Shown piece by piece: positions 41,566-50,782 of a DNA stretch of 64,000 bases. The stretch comes from an uncultured delta proteobacterium. GTDB lineage: Bacteria; Desulfobacterota; Binatia; UBA9968. The notes below the pieces were generated by a model, which searched no databases, was not told where the DNA came from, and was given only the letters and a program-made list of their open reading frames with translations. Location of the stretch: contig CAVSHR010000004.1 of NCBI GenBank assembly GCA_963727625.1, positions 320,001 to 384,000 on the forward strand, written 5' to 3'. Each line of letters opens with the position of its first letter. The stretch's first letter is position 1. The position numbers and the translations under genes were made by a program.

Positions 41566-42945
41566 TCACCTGCGGCGCGAGGCGCCGTCAGGTGCATCGG
41601 CATGATAGGCCGCGCTTCCCAATGATTCGAGTCTTTTGTAAGCCGCGAGTGGATTTGTAAGTCGTTTCACGAAGTAGATAAAGACTCCGGTCAACAGAAG
41701 GTTCAGCGCGAGACTGAGCATCGAGATAGTCACGATCGGCCCGCCGATTCCATAACTCATCGAGATGACCAGGACGCCAGCGCCCACCTCGCCGCGAGGC
41801 CACATGCCGATCGCGAGGGCGAGTCGCTCCCGCCAATGCGCCTCTCGTCGATAACAAAACGCTGGGAACATCTTGCCGAGGTTGGAAATCAAAGTGACGG
41901 CGAGGACGTGCAGAATGATCTGAGGCCACCCCATGGGTGGCTGGGCGGCGGTGACGCGTCCAACTTGCTGCAAGCTCCCGATTTCGGCCGCCGCAGCCTC
42001 TGCTGCGGGAGCGCCAGCCCCGTGCAAACTGGGTTCGATAGTTTCGGCCATCGCTCCCCCTTGCACCGCGAGGTCCTCCACGAGAATCATGGGCATGGAA
42101 AGGCCGACGAGAACCATGAACACCGCGGCGACAATCGTGGTGACGCGCCTCTCGACAAGCGTTTCGAGCTCGTGGTGGGCGTCGCGCCCGTCGCCTCTAC
42201 CGCTTGTGCCATGCCCCGGATACGCCATGATGCACCCGATCACGAAGGCCGGGAGCAGTACCTCGATGTGAATGGGCACAGACTCATCGATCAGCTTGGA
42301 GCCCCTGTACACCAGCTCGCTGACGGTACTGATTACAACGCCATACGCAAGGACCCAAGGCCATGAAATGGGGATGCGGACGCGGTGCAGGAACGCGAAC
42401 GCGATCGCAAGCATGGTGCCCATCACCACCACGACCAGGCCGAGCTGCCAGGCCAGGCCAACCATCAGCATCTTGAGCGGTATCATCAACAGTACGGTGT
42501 CCAAGTCATCGAAGATGGCCAAGATTCGCGCCTTGCGGAACAGCCACGTCGCACCCAGCCCGGCCGCGGCGAGCATCGAGAACAGCACGCCCGCCGACGT
42601 CGGCGCTGCGAATCGCCCGGCGAGTAGAGTCTCCCGCCATGCGGCCAGAGTTGCCCAGGAGTCCGGCGGAAGCAGGACGAAGACGAGGTACGCCGTCACA
42701 AGGATCCACGGCAAGCTCGCAGCCGTGAACGCTACGGCGTAGTCCCAGCCGTACTGCCTAAGGTTCGACCTGTCGATATCGAATTCATAGCCGACACGAA
42801 TCATGATGAACGACAAGCCTGTCATGGTTGAGATGCGGATGACGTCATCGAGGCCCTCGTACGCGGCACCAATGGCCTCGGGCAGCCACTGCGATCCGAT
42901 CAGGCCGCTCAGGAGCAGCATCGAGAACAGCAGCACCTTTCTCAT
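41566..42945 (-). CDS. Putative cation:proton antiporter
   Basis: More than 10 TM segments; APTSAGVL, LAIFDDLD, GMWPRGEVG. Confidence 0.8.
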   Translation of the reverse strand: MRKVLLFSMLLLSGLIGSQWLPEAIGAAYEGLDDVIRISTMTGLSFIMIRVGYEFDIDRSNLRQYGWDYAVAFTAASLPWILVTAYLVFVLLPPDSWATLAAWRETLLAGRFAAPTSAGVLFSMLAAAGLGATWLFRKARILAIFDDLDTVLLMIPLKMLMVGLAWQLGLVVVVMGTMLAIAFAFLHRVRIPISWPWVLAYGVVISTVSELVYRGSKLIDESVPIHIEVLLPAFVIGCIMAYPGHGTSGRGDGRDAHHELETLVERRVTTIVAAVFMVLVGLSMPMILVEDLAVQGGAMAETIEPSLHGAGAPAAEAAAAEIGSLQQVGRVTAAQPPMGWPQIILHVLAVTLISNLGKMFPAFCYRREAHWRERLALAIGMWPRGEVGAGVLVISMSYGIGGPIVTISMLSLALNLLLTGVFIYFVKRLTNPLAAYKRLESLGSAAYHADAPDGASRRR

Positions 42946-43082
42946 CGCAGCGATTCGTTCCCTTCTTCTGGCGTTTCCGTTTGCGGGCTGTAGTTGCCAC
43001 CTGCGCGGCCTAACGCTATGGGTGCAAGGCGCGTTCCACCGCGTTCTTCTCTAACCATGGTTAGCCTGGGTTCGTCTGCGCA

Positions 43083-43890
43083 AAAACGGGGTCAGAGAAC
43101 TTTTTCAATCCGAATCCCAGGCATCTTCCTAGGCCGGCCACGGGCTTCACCGACTAATCGTCGCCCAGTCATCGCCTCCACCTGTTTCTGAAACGTTTCT
43201 CGCCCAATCAAACGACCCCGCTGCGTTGCCTGGCGAATTTTATCCCATTCCATTTCGTCGCATTGCCTTTCTATCCACTCTCGATATTTGTCTTGTCTCT
43301 CGTCCGCAGTCAATCCCAATCCTTCGTACCAAGGATCCACATCCAGCAAACGATCCGAGATGCCCAATGCCCGGCTCCGATAACTACTCCAACGATAATC
43401 CCTCGGATGCTTCACAAGACAAGCTCTCACCGGATTCAGCTCAATATACCTGCTACACGCTATCAGGTATTCGTCACGACTGACCGCTGCGCTCTTAAAC
43501 CTTCCCTCCCACAACGTACCCGTACGACCATAAGTTTCATTCACGTATCGAACATATCGTCGTCCTACGCTCTGCATGAATCGACCGAGGCCACCAGCTT
43601 CTGCGGGTTCTACCAGCAGATGGAAATGATTCGTCATTAGAACGTACGCATCAATCCTGCAATGACATTTGACTTTGGCCTGTCGGAGACATTCCAAGAA
43701 GAATCGATAATCGTCGTCGGCAAAAAAGCTCGCGGCTCGATTGTTTCCGCGCTGAATAATGTGCTGGGGATAAGCGGGAATCGTGATTCGACGCAACCGC
43801 GCCATGGAATAACTCGATGTCTGCGAGTTTTGCCAGAAACTATCGCTAGATTAGAGCGTCGTCAAAGAAAAAGTTCTCTGACCCCGTTTT
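43083..43890 (-). mobile_element. RAYT-carrying element with perfect 24-bp terminal inverted repeats
   Basis: AAAACGGGGTCAGAGAACTTTTTC (43083-43106) and its exact reverse complement (43867-43890). Confidence 0.85.
43092..43805 (-). CDS. REP-associated tyrosine transposase (RAYT, Y1 HUH)
   Basis: HIIQRGNNR, YVLMTNHFHLL (HUH), GTLWEGRF, YIELNPVRA, YRWSSY. Confidence 0.92.
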   Translation of the reverse strand: MARLRRITIPAYPQHIIQRGNNRAASFFADDDYRFFLECLRQAKVKCHCRIDAYVLMTNHFHLLVEPAEAGGLGRFMQSVGRRYVRYVNETYGRTGTLWEGRFKSAAVSRDEYLIACSRYIELNPVRACLVKHPRDYRWSSYRSRALGISDRLLDVDPWYEGLGLTADERQDKYREWIERQCDEMEWDKIRQATQRGRLIGRETFQKQVEAMTGRRLVGEARGRPRKMPGIRIEKVL

Positions 43891-44085
43891 CCCTTTGAAG
43901 ACGAAACGGAAGCCGGCCCTGTATACTCCTTTGCCCGCTGGTGCGAAGCGTCCGCCGAGCCGGACCAAGGAAAGGTTCTTCGAACCGGCGATAAGGAACA
44001 GGCTCTTTCCCGAGCGTCGAAAGTTCGGCGCGAGACGGTTCGCGACTTCGGCCTCGAAAATCGCGTCGTAGTCCTCGCGTCTCAC
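43891..44085 (-). pseudogene. Cassette ORF truncated by the RAYT element
   Basis: ORF starts 30 bp after attC core (44121) and runs into the IR at 43890. Confidence 0.5.
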
Positions 44086-44114
44086 ACCTGTCTCTCAAGG
44101 TCCCGACTTGGGGC

Positions 44115-44195
44115 GGCCAACGTTAAGGCTGAGAAGCCGCGGCCCGCGAGCCTTGCGAGCGGGTCCGTAGGTCTGTCTCAAGCCGCTTGTTAGGC
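44115..44195 (-). other. attC site
   Basis: GGCCAAC..GGCTGAG ... CTCAAGCC..GTTAGGC; stop codon of cassette gene lies in R''. Confidence 0.85.
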
Positions 44196-44858
44196 GTCAT
44201 TGTGCCCTTGGCGCCGGAGTACAACATGGGTGGCTTTCTCCGACGCAACGAACTGAACGCATTCGTATCCCAGAGCGCGCACGTCAATCCCCTCGAACAG
44301 TCGCTCTCCCCCGCCCAGCAGGACCGGCGAGATAGCGACGTGCAGCTCATCGATGAGGCCCGTACGAAGATATTGCTGGATAGTGTTAGGTCCGCCGCCA
44401 ATGCGTATATCCATTCCGTTCGCTGCGTCGCGCGCCCGGTCAAGCGCCTCGTGAATACCGCCCGTGACGAAGTAGAATGTCGTTCCGCCTTCCATCTGGA
44501 TGGGCGGGCGCGCGTGATGAGTCAAGATGAAAGTTGGAACGTGATAAGGTGGGTTGTCCCCCCACCAGCCTTTCCAGTTCATGTCGGGCCAGGAACCGCG
44601 AATCGGTCCGAACATGTTTCTTCCGAGAATCCAGGCGCCAACATTCTTGAAGCCCCGCGCAGCGAAGTCGTCATCGATCCCCGTTGTGCCACCATCGGCG
44701 CCAAATAGGGTCCGTTGTAACGTGCGTGTCGGGACTAACCACTGATGCAAATCTGTCCCGCCCACGCCGAGCGGATTCCTGATGTCCTGATTCGGACCAG
44801 CTCCGTATCCGTCAAGCGAGATGGTAAAGCCCTCAACTCGGACGCGTGTCATTTTCAT
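44190..44858 (-). CDS. Dihydrofolate reductase/RibD C-terminal family cassette protein
   Basis: TISLDGYGAG, ILGRNMF, IGGGPNTIQQYL..GLIDELH..PVLLGGG. Confidence 0.88.
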   Translation of the reverse strand: MKMTRVRVEGFTISLDGYGAGPNQDIRNPLGVGGTDLHQWLVPTRTLQRTLFGADGGTTGIDDDFAARGFKNVGAWILGRNMFGPIRGSWPDMNWKGWWGDNPPYHVPTFILTHHARPPIQMEGGTTFYFVTGGIHEALDRARDAANGMDIRIGGGPNTIQQYLRTGLIDELHVAISPVLLGGGERLFEGIDVRALGYECVQFVASEKATHVVLRRQGHNDA

Positions 44859-44876
44859 GCCTTCCTTTCGATTGAC

Positions 44877-44963
44877 GCCTAACGCGATGCGGCTAAGCGG
44901 TGGCGAAGAAGGCTAGCTTTAAGGCGAGCGTTTTCACCATCAGGCTTAAGGCGCTGGTTCGGG
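44877..44963 (-). other. attC site
   Basis: GCCTAAC..GGCTAAGC ... GCTTAAGGC..GTTCGGG. Confidence 0.75.
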
Positions 44964-45512
44964 CGATGAACGCCGCAAGGCATTATGACGTGCAACGCGA
45001 GATCTGCTACCGCTGGAAACCAGATACCTCGCCATGTTGTCGACGTCATTCGAATACACCTCAACAACTGTATAAACCAAACTGCTCTTTGGTGCTTTCG
45101 ACGACTCACCGTGTCCGTTGAGAGAAATAACTTCTCCGTGAATAAGTGCGACGCGGTCGCCCACCTGAAACCTCTCAGAATTCGCCACCTGATACCATGG
45201 TCGCCCAAGTTGTTTCCAACAAAGTCTCAGATAATCTTCAATTGTTTCGTAAAGCAACGACTTCTGCTCCTCCACCTGGGAGGAGAATGCCACATCGGTC
45301 AACGATCCCATACCGCCGTAGATATTCTCAACTTGTCGCCCAAGAGAATATTTTTCTTCCCAGTTGTCAGCGTTTGTCTCCAATCTAGCCGCCACGGCGG
45401 CGAAGCGGCCTAATGTTTCCGCCCAATGCGGACTTTCCTGCAGAATGGTAGTCGAGAGAACTTGAAGCTGCTCGAACAATGACCTCTCCGCGGTATGTTC
45501 TGAATGCGCCAT
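44946..45512 (-). CDS. Hypothetical cassette protein
   Basis: 188-aa ORF filling cassette; YGGMGSLTD motif; lower GC. Confidence 0.7.
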   Translation of the reverse strand: MAHSEHTAERSLFEQLQVLSTTILQESPHWAETLGRFAAVAARLETNADNWEEKYSLGRQVENIYGGMGSLTDVAFSSQVEEQKSLLYETIEDYLRLCWKQLGRPWYQVANSERFQVGDRVALIHGEVISLNGHGESSKAPKSSLVYTVVEVYSNDVDNMARYLVSSGSRSRVARHNALRRSSPEPAP

Positions 45513-45533
45513 AATCAGGTGCGATAGTTTGCG

Positions 45534-45614
45534 CCCTAACGAATCAAGCTGAAAGGACGAGACCAGCGAGCGCAGTGAGCGGGTCGAAGATCCGTCTCAA
45601 GCCGATCGTTAGAT
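45534..45614 (-). other. attC site
   Basis: CCCTAAC..AGCTGA ... TCAAGCC..GTTAGAT. Confidence 0.8.
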
Positions 45615-45623
45615 GGTGGAGCA

Positions 45624-46289
45624 CTACAAAAACTCGACATAGTCTAGCTTACGAGCAAGATCTACGGGTAAAAAATCGTCGTCCAACCATTGGCTTGGCT
45701 TACCTGTAACGATTACCACAAACCGAAATTCATTTTCTGTGCTGAAAATAGCAGGCTTTTGTGAATAAGACAGTGGCACCGAGGCGACCGTGAGTTGGTG
45801 CAGAGACTTCTCTCCTTTGTTGTACTGCACCACGCATCCTTTGACGCCTCCGCTAAATCCATAAGGGAGTGTTTCCACGAAAGCGCAAATATCATCGGCA
45901 AACTGCCTCGGCTGTTTGATTTTAACAACCCACGGCCCAAAACGCTGTCTTAGCAAATCGATGTCTACACTTGGAAGCGAGCAACTGAATATGAACTTCG
46001 GGTTCAGGAGTTCAATATGACTGTGAACGTATCCAGGTTGAGTCAGAGTCGTTGTCTCGACTGAATCGCGTGAAAAATCCACGGAGGTCACCATTCCATA
46101 GCGCTGGAAATGCCCCTGGCCTTCCGACGAGTCTTTTCGGTTCTCATCTTCAATCTCAGTGTAAATTCTTAGATTGCCCATACGGAATCTGCCGTGCTCC
46201 ACGAAGGCTTCTGCGTATGCTCTTTCTTTGAAGGCACGGAAGACAACTTTAAGAGAGTTTCCGATTGCATGGAGTTTTTTGTCCATCAT
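45624..46289 (-). CDS. Hypothetical cassette protein
   Basis: 221-aa ORF between attC sites; lower GC. Confidence 0.7.
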   Translation of the reverse strand: MMDKKLHAIGNSLKVVFRAFKERAYAEAFVEHGRFRMGNLRIYTEIEDENRKDSSEGQGHFQRYGMVTSVDFSRDSVETTTLTQPGYVHSHIELLNPKFIFSCSLPSVDIDLLRQRFGPWVVKIKQPRQFADDICAFVETLPYGFSGGVKGCVVQYNKGEKSLHQLTVASVPLSYSQKPAIFSTENEFRFVVIVTGKPSQWLDDDFLPVDLARKLDYVEFL

Positions 46290-46302
46290 CGTGCTGGAAT
46301 CG

Positions 46303-46402
46303 GTCTAACGGCTTGCCGCTCAGCCGCGAGCGGCGCGAAACATCAACTTTCAGATCGGCCATACCCACACGCGCCGATCGGCGGCTCAGCTGCTTGTTAG
46401 AC
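46303..46402 (-). other. attC site
   Basis: GTCTAAC..GCTCAGCCG ... CGGCTCAGC..GTTAGAC. Confidence 0.8.
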
Positions 46403-46834
46403 CGCCTCCAAGCGTGCTTCGCCATTGGCGTCTTCAGGTATCCGCTTAAGTTCGTCGATAAATCTGTCGAGAAGAACGGGCTCCGAGCACAGGTACATCG
46501 TTGCACGGCTTGCCACCGTCTTTTTGCCGAATTCCCTAAAGTCAGACTCTTGCTCGCAAGTAATGAAAAGCCTTCCAGGCTTCGGAAAGTGAAACCGAGC
46601 ATGAAAGGCACCGTTACCGTACTCACAACCAAACTCACCGAAGCGGACTTCCAAAAGCCCTCCGTAAACATGCGATTTGAAAGCATCGAGATTTGCGATC
46701 GTTTCTGCGAGGTCACGGAACCCTACGTAGACTCGGTTTGCAAAACGGGACGTACCGTCAGCCACCTCGATGGTGAGCTCGACCATGTCGTCGTCGGACC
46801 ACACTCTGGATATGCGTATTCCTTGTTCCATCAT
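46397..46834 (-). CDS. Hypothetical cassette protein
   Basis: 145-aa ORF; cassette start GTTAGAC (46857) complements R'' GTCTAAC containing the stop codon. Confidence 0.75.
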   Translation of the reverse strand: MMEQGIRISRVWSDDDMVELTIEVADGTSRFANRVYVGFRDLAETIANLDAFKSHVYGGLLEVRFGEFGCEYGNGAFHARFHFPKPGRLFITCEQESDFREFGKKTVASRATMYLCSEPVLLDRFIDELKRIPEDANGEARLEAV

Positions 46835-46902
46835 GGCGTCGATTCTGTCGGTCTAACGGGTCGGCTTACCCGTCGACCCGTTCGCACGACCGTCTGCGGT
46901 CG

Positions 46903-46998
46903 GGCGAACGACAGAACTGACCGACGCGGGCGGTCAGTGACGTCCGAATTGGAAACTGACGCGGCCCGCCCGCGTTCGGTCCAGTGATCTGGTTCGGC
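46903..46998 (-). other. attC site (GTTC/GAAC core variant)
   Basis: GGCGAAC..ACTGACCGACGCGGGCGG ... CCGCCCGCGTTCGGTCCAGT..GTTCGGC. Confidence 0.8.
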
Positions 46999-47005
46999 GT
47001 TCCCG

Positions 47006-47341
47006 TCATGAGTAGAATGAGAGCGCCAGAACCGCTGGCTCTCCCTTTTCGATCCTCCGCCAATTCACGAATGCGGAGCACTCGACCAGCGCATCGTAAA
47101 TCTCCGAGCATCTCTTCCTCAAGCCGCCGACGTCAGAAACGCACAAGACAAGCACATCTCCCGGTGCGACGTGAACAGAACTCAAGCCGTCGTCCGGTGC
47201 ATCCAAGGAAGTCATGCAATCATTCCAAGCGTCCATGTTCCGGCCGTAGAATCCAGGAAAGCCGAGCGCCTGCGAGAACTGATCGTGAAACGAATCCCAA
47301 TCGGTGATTTTGCTGCCGTCGATCTGAATGTTCTTGGGCAT
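47006..47341 (-). CDS. Barstar family (RNase inhibitor) cassette protein
   Basis: IDGSKITDWDSFH..F...LGFPGFYGRNMDAWNDCM. Confidence 0.88.
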   Translation of the reverse strand: MPKNIQIDGSKITDWDSFHDQFSQALGFPGFYGRNMDAWNDCMTSLDAPDDGLSSVHVAPGDVLVLCVSDVGGLRKRCSEIYDALVECSAFVNWRRIEKGEPAVLALSFYS

Positions 47342-47355
47342 CGCGATGCTCTTAC

Positions 47356-47448
47356 GCCGAACGACAAAACTCACCGACGCCGGGCCGAAGATGCTCGCCT
47401 TGGAACCGCAGCGCAATCCCGGCGTTCGGTGCAGTGATTTTGTTCGGC
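47356..47448 (-). other. attC site (GTTC/GAAC core variant)
   Basis: GCCGAAC..CACCGACGCCGGG ... CCCGGCGTTCGGTG..GTTCGGC. Confidence 0.82.
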
Positions 47449-48021
47449 ACGTCCGTCCTCTCGGTACCAAGCGAGTAAGCCCAACAGCCCTGCTTGACTA
47501 CCGTGCCGTGCTATCATCTTGGTCGTGCCGTCGAGAAATCCACAAACGAGCTCTGTGAAAATATCGAGAGCTTCGAATCCCTTCGGAACTGGCTCCCCTG
47601 CGGCTTTGCGCCAGATGCTGATGCTTTCGGCGATGTGAGCCAAATCCTTATCGGTCGGAACATAATCGAGGCGATGCGCAACCTTGTTCCGCATTGCATT
47701 CAGCGCCTTCATCCCGGCGACGAAAAAGTGGAAATTGGCTTGGGGGTGGTCTGCAAGGTCAATCTTCTGAGCAAACGTGAGCCTTGCAGAACCGATTCCC
47801 GGAGACGCAGGATTTGCCGCCTCAAGGTAAGCAGTGAGGAAGTGCTCAAGAACAAGGTGACACTTAAGAATCATCAGCTTGGCTGAGTGGTCAGTGCTCC
47901 ATAGATGCCTATAGTGCGATTTGAACGCGTGGAAATCAGCCTCGATCTGGGGAGCGTCCGCAAGGAGCTTCCGGAAGACAGGTGACTTCTTGAATTCCTT
48001 CCTGAGGCTATCGGTGCTCAT
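47371..48021 (-). CDS. Hypothetical cassette protein with HEPN-like RxxxxH motif
   Basis: Start MSTDS after attC; LKCHLVLE..L, TFAQKI, RNKVAH; ORF reads into attC. Confidence 0.6.
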   Translation of the reverse strand: MSTDSLRKEFKKSPVFRKLLADAPQIEADFHAFKSHYRHLWSTDHSAKLMILKCHLVLEHFLTAYLEAANPASPGIGSARLTFAQKIDLADHPQANFHFFVAGMKALNAMRNKVAHRLDYVPTDKDLAHIAESISIWRKAAGEPVPKGFEALDIFTELVCGFLDGTTKMIARHGSQAGLLGLLAWYREDGRAEQNHCTERRDCAAVPRRASSARRR

Positions 48022-48041
48022 GGTGTGTTCAGATTTCTGCT

Positions 48042-48104
48042 GCCGAACGTCATGAATCAGGCTCTTCGGCGCTAGCCGAAATAGCCTGGATTCAGTTGTT
48101 CGCA
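48042..48104 (-). other. attC site (GTTC/GAAC core variant)
   Basis: GCCGAAC..TGAATCAGGCT ... AGCCTGGATTCA..GTTCGCA. Confidence 0.85.
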
Positions 48105-49141
48105 TTATTCTTGGCGGCCTTCTTCGTCGCCGGTGCTGGCAGAAGGCGGAGTTGATCCACGGTCTTCTGGAGTTGCCGAACTTCCGTGAAGATGTCGTCA
48201 ACTCCCTTCTCTGCGTCTGCTGAAGAAGGACAGTCAACACGCCCACCCTTGTCGATGAAGACGAACAGATTGCGAATGCCGAGGCTGACGCCGTTGATTA
48301 CATCGCCGACTGGTTTCGGTTTCATCCCGGCAGTGAGTTCTCCGGTGATCTCCTGTGCCGATTTATCGGAGAATGCGTCAGCTTCGGCCTCCAGATCCTT
48401 CTCGATTTGCTTGTTCTCCAACTTCAGCTTCTTGATCTCCTGCACCTGCTTCCTGATGCTCAAGTACTTTTCAACGCGTGCAAGGACACAGTCCACGGCC
48501 TTGCCAACCATGAGGACTAGGCTGCAGGCTGTTGCAACGTCGATGATGAGAGGAGAAGACTTCTGAACAAACACGATCCTGGAGCTTTCAGGCTTCTCGT
48601 CGACCAGTTGGCTGAAAGCCCGAATGATCTTCGTCCATGAGTCAATCCATCCCTCAAATTCAACGATGTTGTCCACTGCCGCCTTCTCTGTGAAGGTGAT
48701 CTCAAGAAGGGCTTCGCCCTTTTGCAGAGCAACATCCTTGAGCGTGGGAATTCGCTGAAGGGCCGATTGAAGATTGCGGTTCCTCTCGAGGAACTGCTGG
48801 AAAGCCTTCTGTTTGGCATCCACTTTCTGAATCACGCCTTGGGGGTCGAAGTTCTCGTCGTACAGTATCGCCTCAAGCTCGCGGACCCCGGCGTCACCAA
48901 CGTACTCGCCGTATCCCAGCACATCGAACAGGTGAGTTTCGCTGTAGGTAAACGATATCTGATCGAATGAACGCAGCGCGCTGAACAGTTGGTCTTTCTG
49001 TTGAGATACTGGTTGTTGCCGGTTGTTGCGGAGCGAGTTGGCGAGAATCTGAAGAAACTGCTCATACAACTGCTCCGCTTTGCTCTTCTGTATGTGTTCC
49101 ACGAGTTTCGTGGCAAGCGTCTTCAGATCATCAACCTTCAT
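48092..49141 (-). CDS. Hypothetical coiled-coil-rich cassette protein
   Basis: 349-aa ORF; RBS gagagga; cassette start GTTCGCA (49167) complements R'' TGCGAAC. Confidence 0.75.
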   Translation of the reverse strand: MKVDDLKTLATKLVEHIQKSKAEQLYEQFLQILANSLRNNRQQPVSQQKDQLFSALRSFDQISFTYSETHLFDVLGYGEYVGDAGVRELEAILYDENFDPQGVIQKVDAKQKAFQQFLERNRNLQSALQRIPTLKDVALQKGEALLEITFTEKAAVDNIVEFEGWIDSWTKIIRAFSQLVDEKPESSRIVFVQKSSPLIIDVATACSLVLMVGKAVDCVLARVEKYLSIRKQVQEIKKLKLENKQIEKDLEAEADAFSDKSAQEITGELTAGMKPKPVGDVINGVSLGIRNLFVFIDKGGRVDCPSSADAEKGVDDIFTEVRQLQKTVDQLRLLPAPATKKAAKNNANN

Positions 49142-49160
49142 CGTGTCTTTCTCCTCTCAA

Positions 49161-49241
49161 TGCGAACGCTACGGCTGAACGGACAAGGCCAGCGAGCGCA
49201 GCGAGCGGGTCCGACGATCCGTTTCAAGCCGTTTGTTAGGC
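49161..49241 (-). other. attC site
   Basis: TGCGAAC..CGGCTGAACGGA ... TCCGTTTCAAGCCG..GTTAGGC. Confidence 0.88.
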
Positions 49242-49955
49242 CACTCGCGGTGCACACGCCGCTGCCCAGAGAGCAACACTTGCATAAACCCCGACAACCG
49301 ATACTGGAATTGTGAACACGTCACCTTCCCCAAAGGCCCGAACGCCTGCGAGCACAAACCATGAAAGGAGTACCATTAAAAACGCCGTGGCCACCACACC
49401 CTTGGAGCCCCGTGGAACTTGTAAAACGGCGACCGGCAGTCTCACTCCGCGCGTTGAGAGATACCAACCGCATAGCACAAAGGGAAAACCAAGCACACAA
49501 AAGAACACGCTCCCTGCGATTGGGATTGCAATATTGTCCGCCCACCACGGATAGTCTCCACGCTCAAGTGTATATTGCAGCCACAGCAACTGTGCCGGAA
49601 CCCAACCCCACCATGCTGCGGTTGCCATCCAGAACATTCCTCGCCGAGTTGCTAGTGTCCCTAAATGAAACAGATCTCGAAACGTTCGAAGTCGAAGCAT
49701 GAGAAAAAGAGCAGCAATCGACACTCCGAGACTGATTACCGCGGCACCATGGTCCGAGCGTATGGCGGCTGGAGTCAAATTGTTAGCCTGTGCTTCGTAG
49801 AATTTCCGGGACAGATCGCCGGAAAGGTCGCGAGACACGTCCGCGGTCTCGAATTCCCGACGCCAACTTGGATCTGCGTACCTTGACTCGTCGACCGTCG
49901 GAGCAATGAGAATGATTCCGAAAAGTATGATGGCAATTGGGATGGAATAAACCAT
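49236..49955 (-). CDS. Hypothetical membrane cassette protein
   Basis: 239 aa with about 6 hydrophobic segments; stop in R''. Confidence 0.7.
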   Translation of the reverse strand: MVYSIPIAIILFGIILIAPTVDESRYADPSWRREFETADVSRDLSGDLSRKFYEAQANNLTPAAIRSDHGAAVISLGVSIAALFLMLRLRTFRDLFHLGTLATRRGMFWMATAAWWGWVPAQLLWLQYTLERGDYPWWADNIAIPIAGSVFFCVLGFPFVLCGWYLSTRGVRLPVAVLQVPRGSKGVVATAFLMVLLSWFVLAGVRAFGEGDVFTIPVSVVGVYASVALWAAACAPRVA

Positions 49956-49963
49956 TGTTGTTG

Positions 49964-50034
49964 GCCTAACGCTAGGTTAAGCCGCGCCGAACGAGCGCAG
50001 CGAGCGAGACGTCGGCTTGAACCGTTTGTTAGCC
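49964..50034 (-). other. attC site
   Basis: GCCTAAC..GGTTAAGCCG ... CGGCTTGAACC..GTTAGCC. Confidence 0.88.
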
Positions 50035-50140
50035 GCCATGTTCTTCGCGGTTCATCTGCGGTCGATCTCCGGTACGGCGCTGGACGATCCTTCCAACCGC
50101 CGCGCTGATGTGGCGACGTAACCCCGCCGCCGTAGCGCCA

Positions 50141-50758
50141 TCATGATCGTCTGCGGCGAAGGCAGTAAAAGCGAGGGTGTGCTTTCTGCACAAAACGGGG
50201 TGCCCCGGTCAAATCGAATGCTTCCTCGTCGGTGATCGTCCATCCGTCATAAGCTTGTTCGATCTCCTCCCGACTGATGCCTCGCGGCAGGGGTCCTCTG
50301 CGACCCGGTGAGAACGCGTACATCAGGAGCGTGGCGTCCTCGGTGGCCACCGCCGTGACTTCACGGCTCACCGCCCGCACCTGCTCGGGCGGGAGGCCAT
50401 GTACGACGCCAAAGTCCAGGATGAGGCGAAATCCCGAGCCGATGCCTGCGGCCGTGAGCGCCGTGATGCTCCCTTCGACGAATAGAACCTCCACGCCGGC
50501 TCCGCGTGCGCGTTCGCGGGCGGTGCGCACCGCCTTCGGCACGATGTCGACGCCGGTTACCTCCCACCCGCGTTGAGCCAGGCGAACCGACCAGAACCCG
50601 GTGCCGCATCCGAGATCGAGCGCGCGCCCGTAGGGCGGTTCTCGACCGCGCTCCTCTCGGTCAAGGAGCGCGACGGCCTGTTCGCCTATAGGAAGTGACG
50701 GCATCCGCTCCCACGGCGTCATGCCGACCAGATACTGGAATTTGTAGAAAAGGCTCAT
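50141..50758 (-). CDS. Class I SAM-dependent methyltransferase (first cassette)
   Basis: TPWE, RALDLGCGTG, VTGVD, LILDFG..HGL; RBS ggaggt. Confidence 0.9.
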   Translation of the reverse strand: MSLFYKFQYLVGMTPWERMPSLPIGEQAVALLDREERGREPPYGRALDLGCGTGFWSVRLAQRGWEVTGVDIVPKAVRTARERARGAGVEVLFVEGSITALTAAGIGSGFRLILDFGVVHGLPPEQVRAVSREVTAVATEDATLLMYAFSPGRRGPLPRGISREEIEQAYDGWTITDEEAFDLTGAPRFVQKAHPRFYCLRRRRS

Positions 50759-50782
50759 TCAACCTCCCGGTAACGCCTTGGC

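Noticed and set aside
44190-44858. Trimethoprim-resistance dfr cassette
   Set aside because: Sequence fits the RibD_C/DHFR-like family of uncertain function rather than DfrA or DfrB
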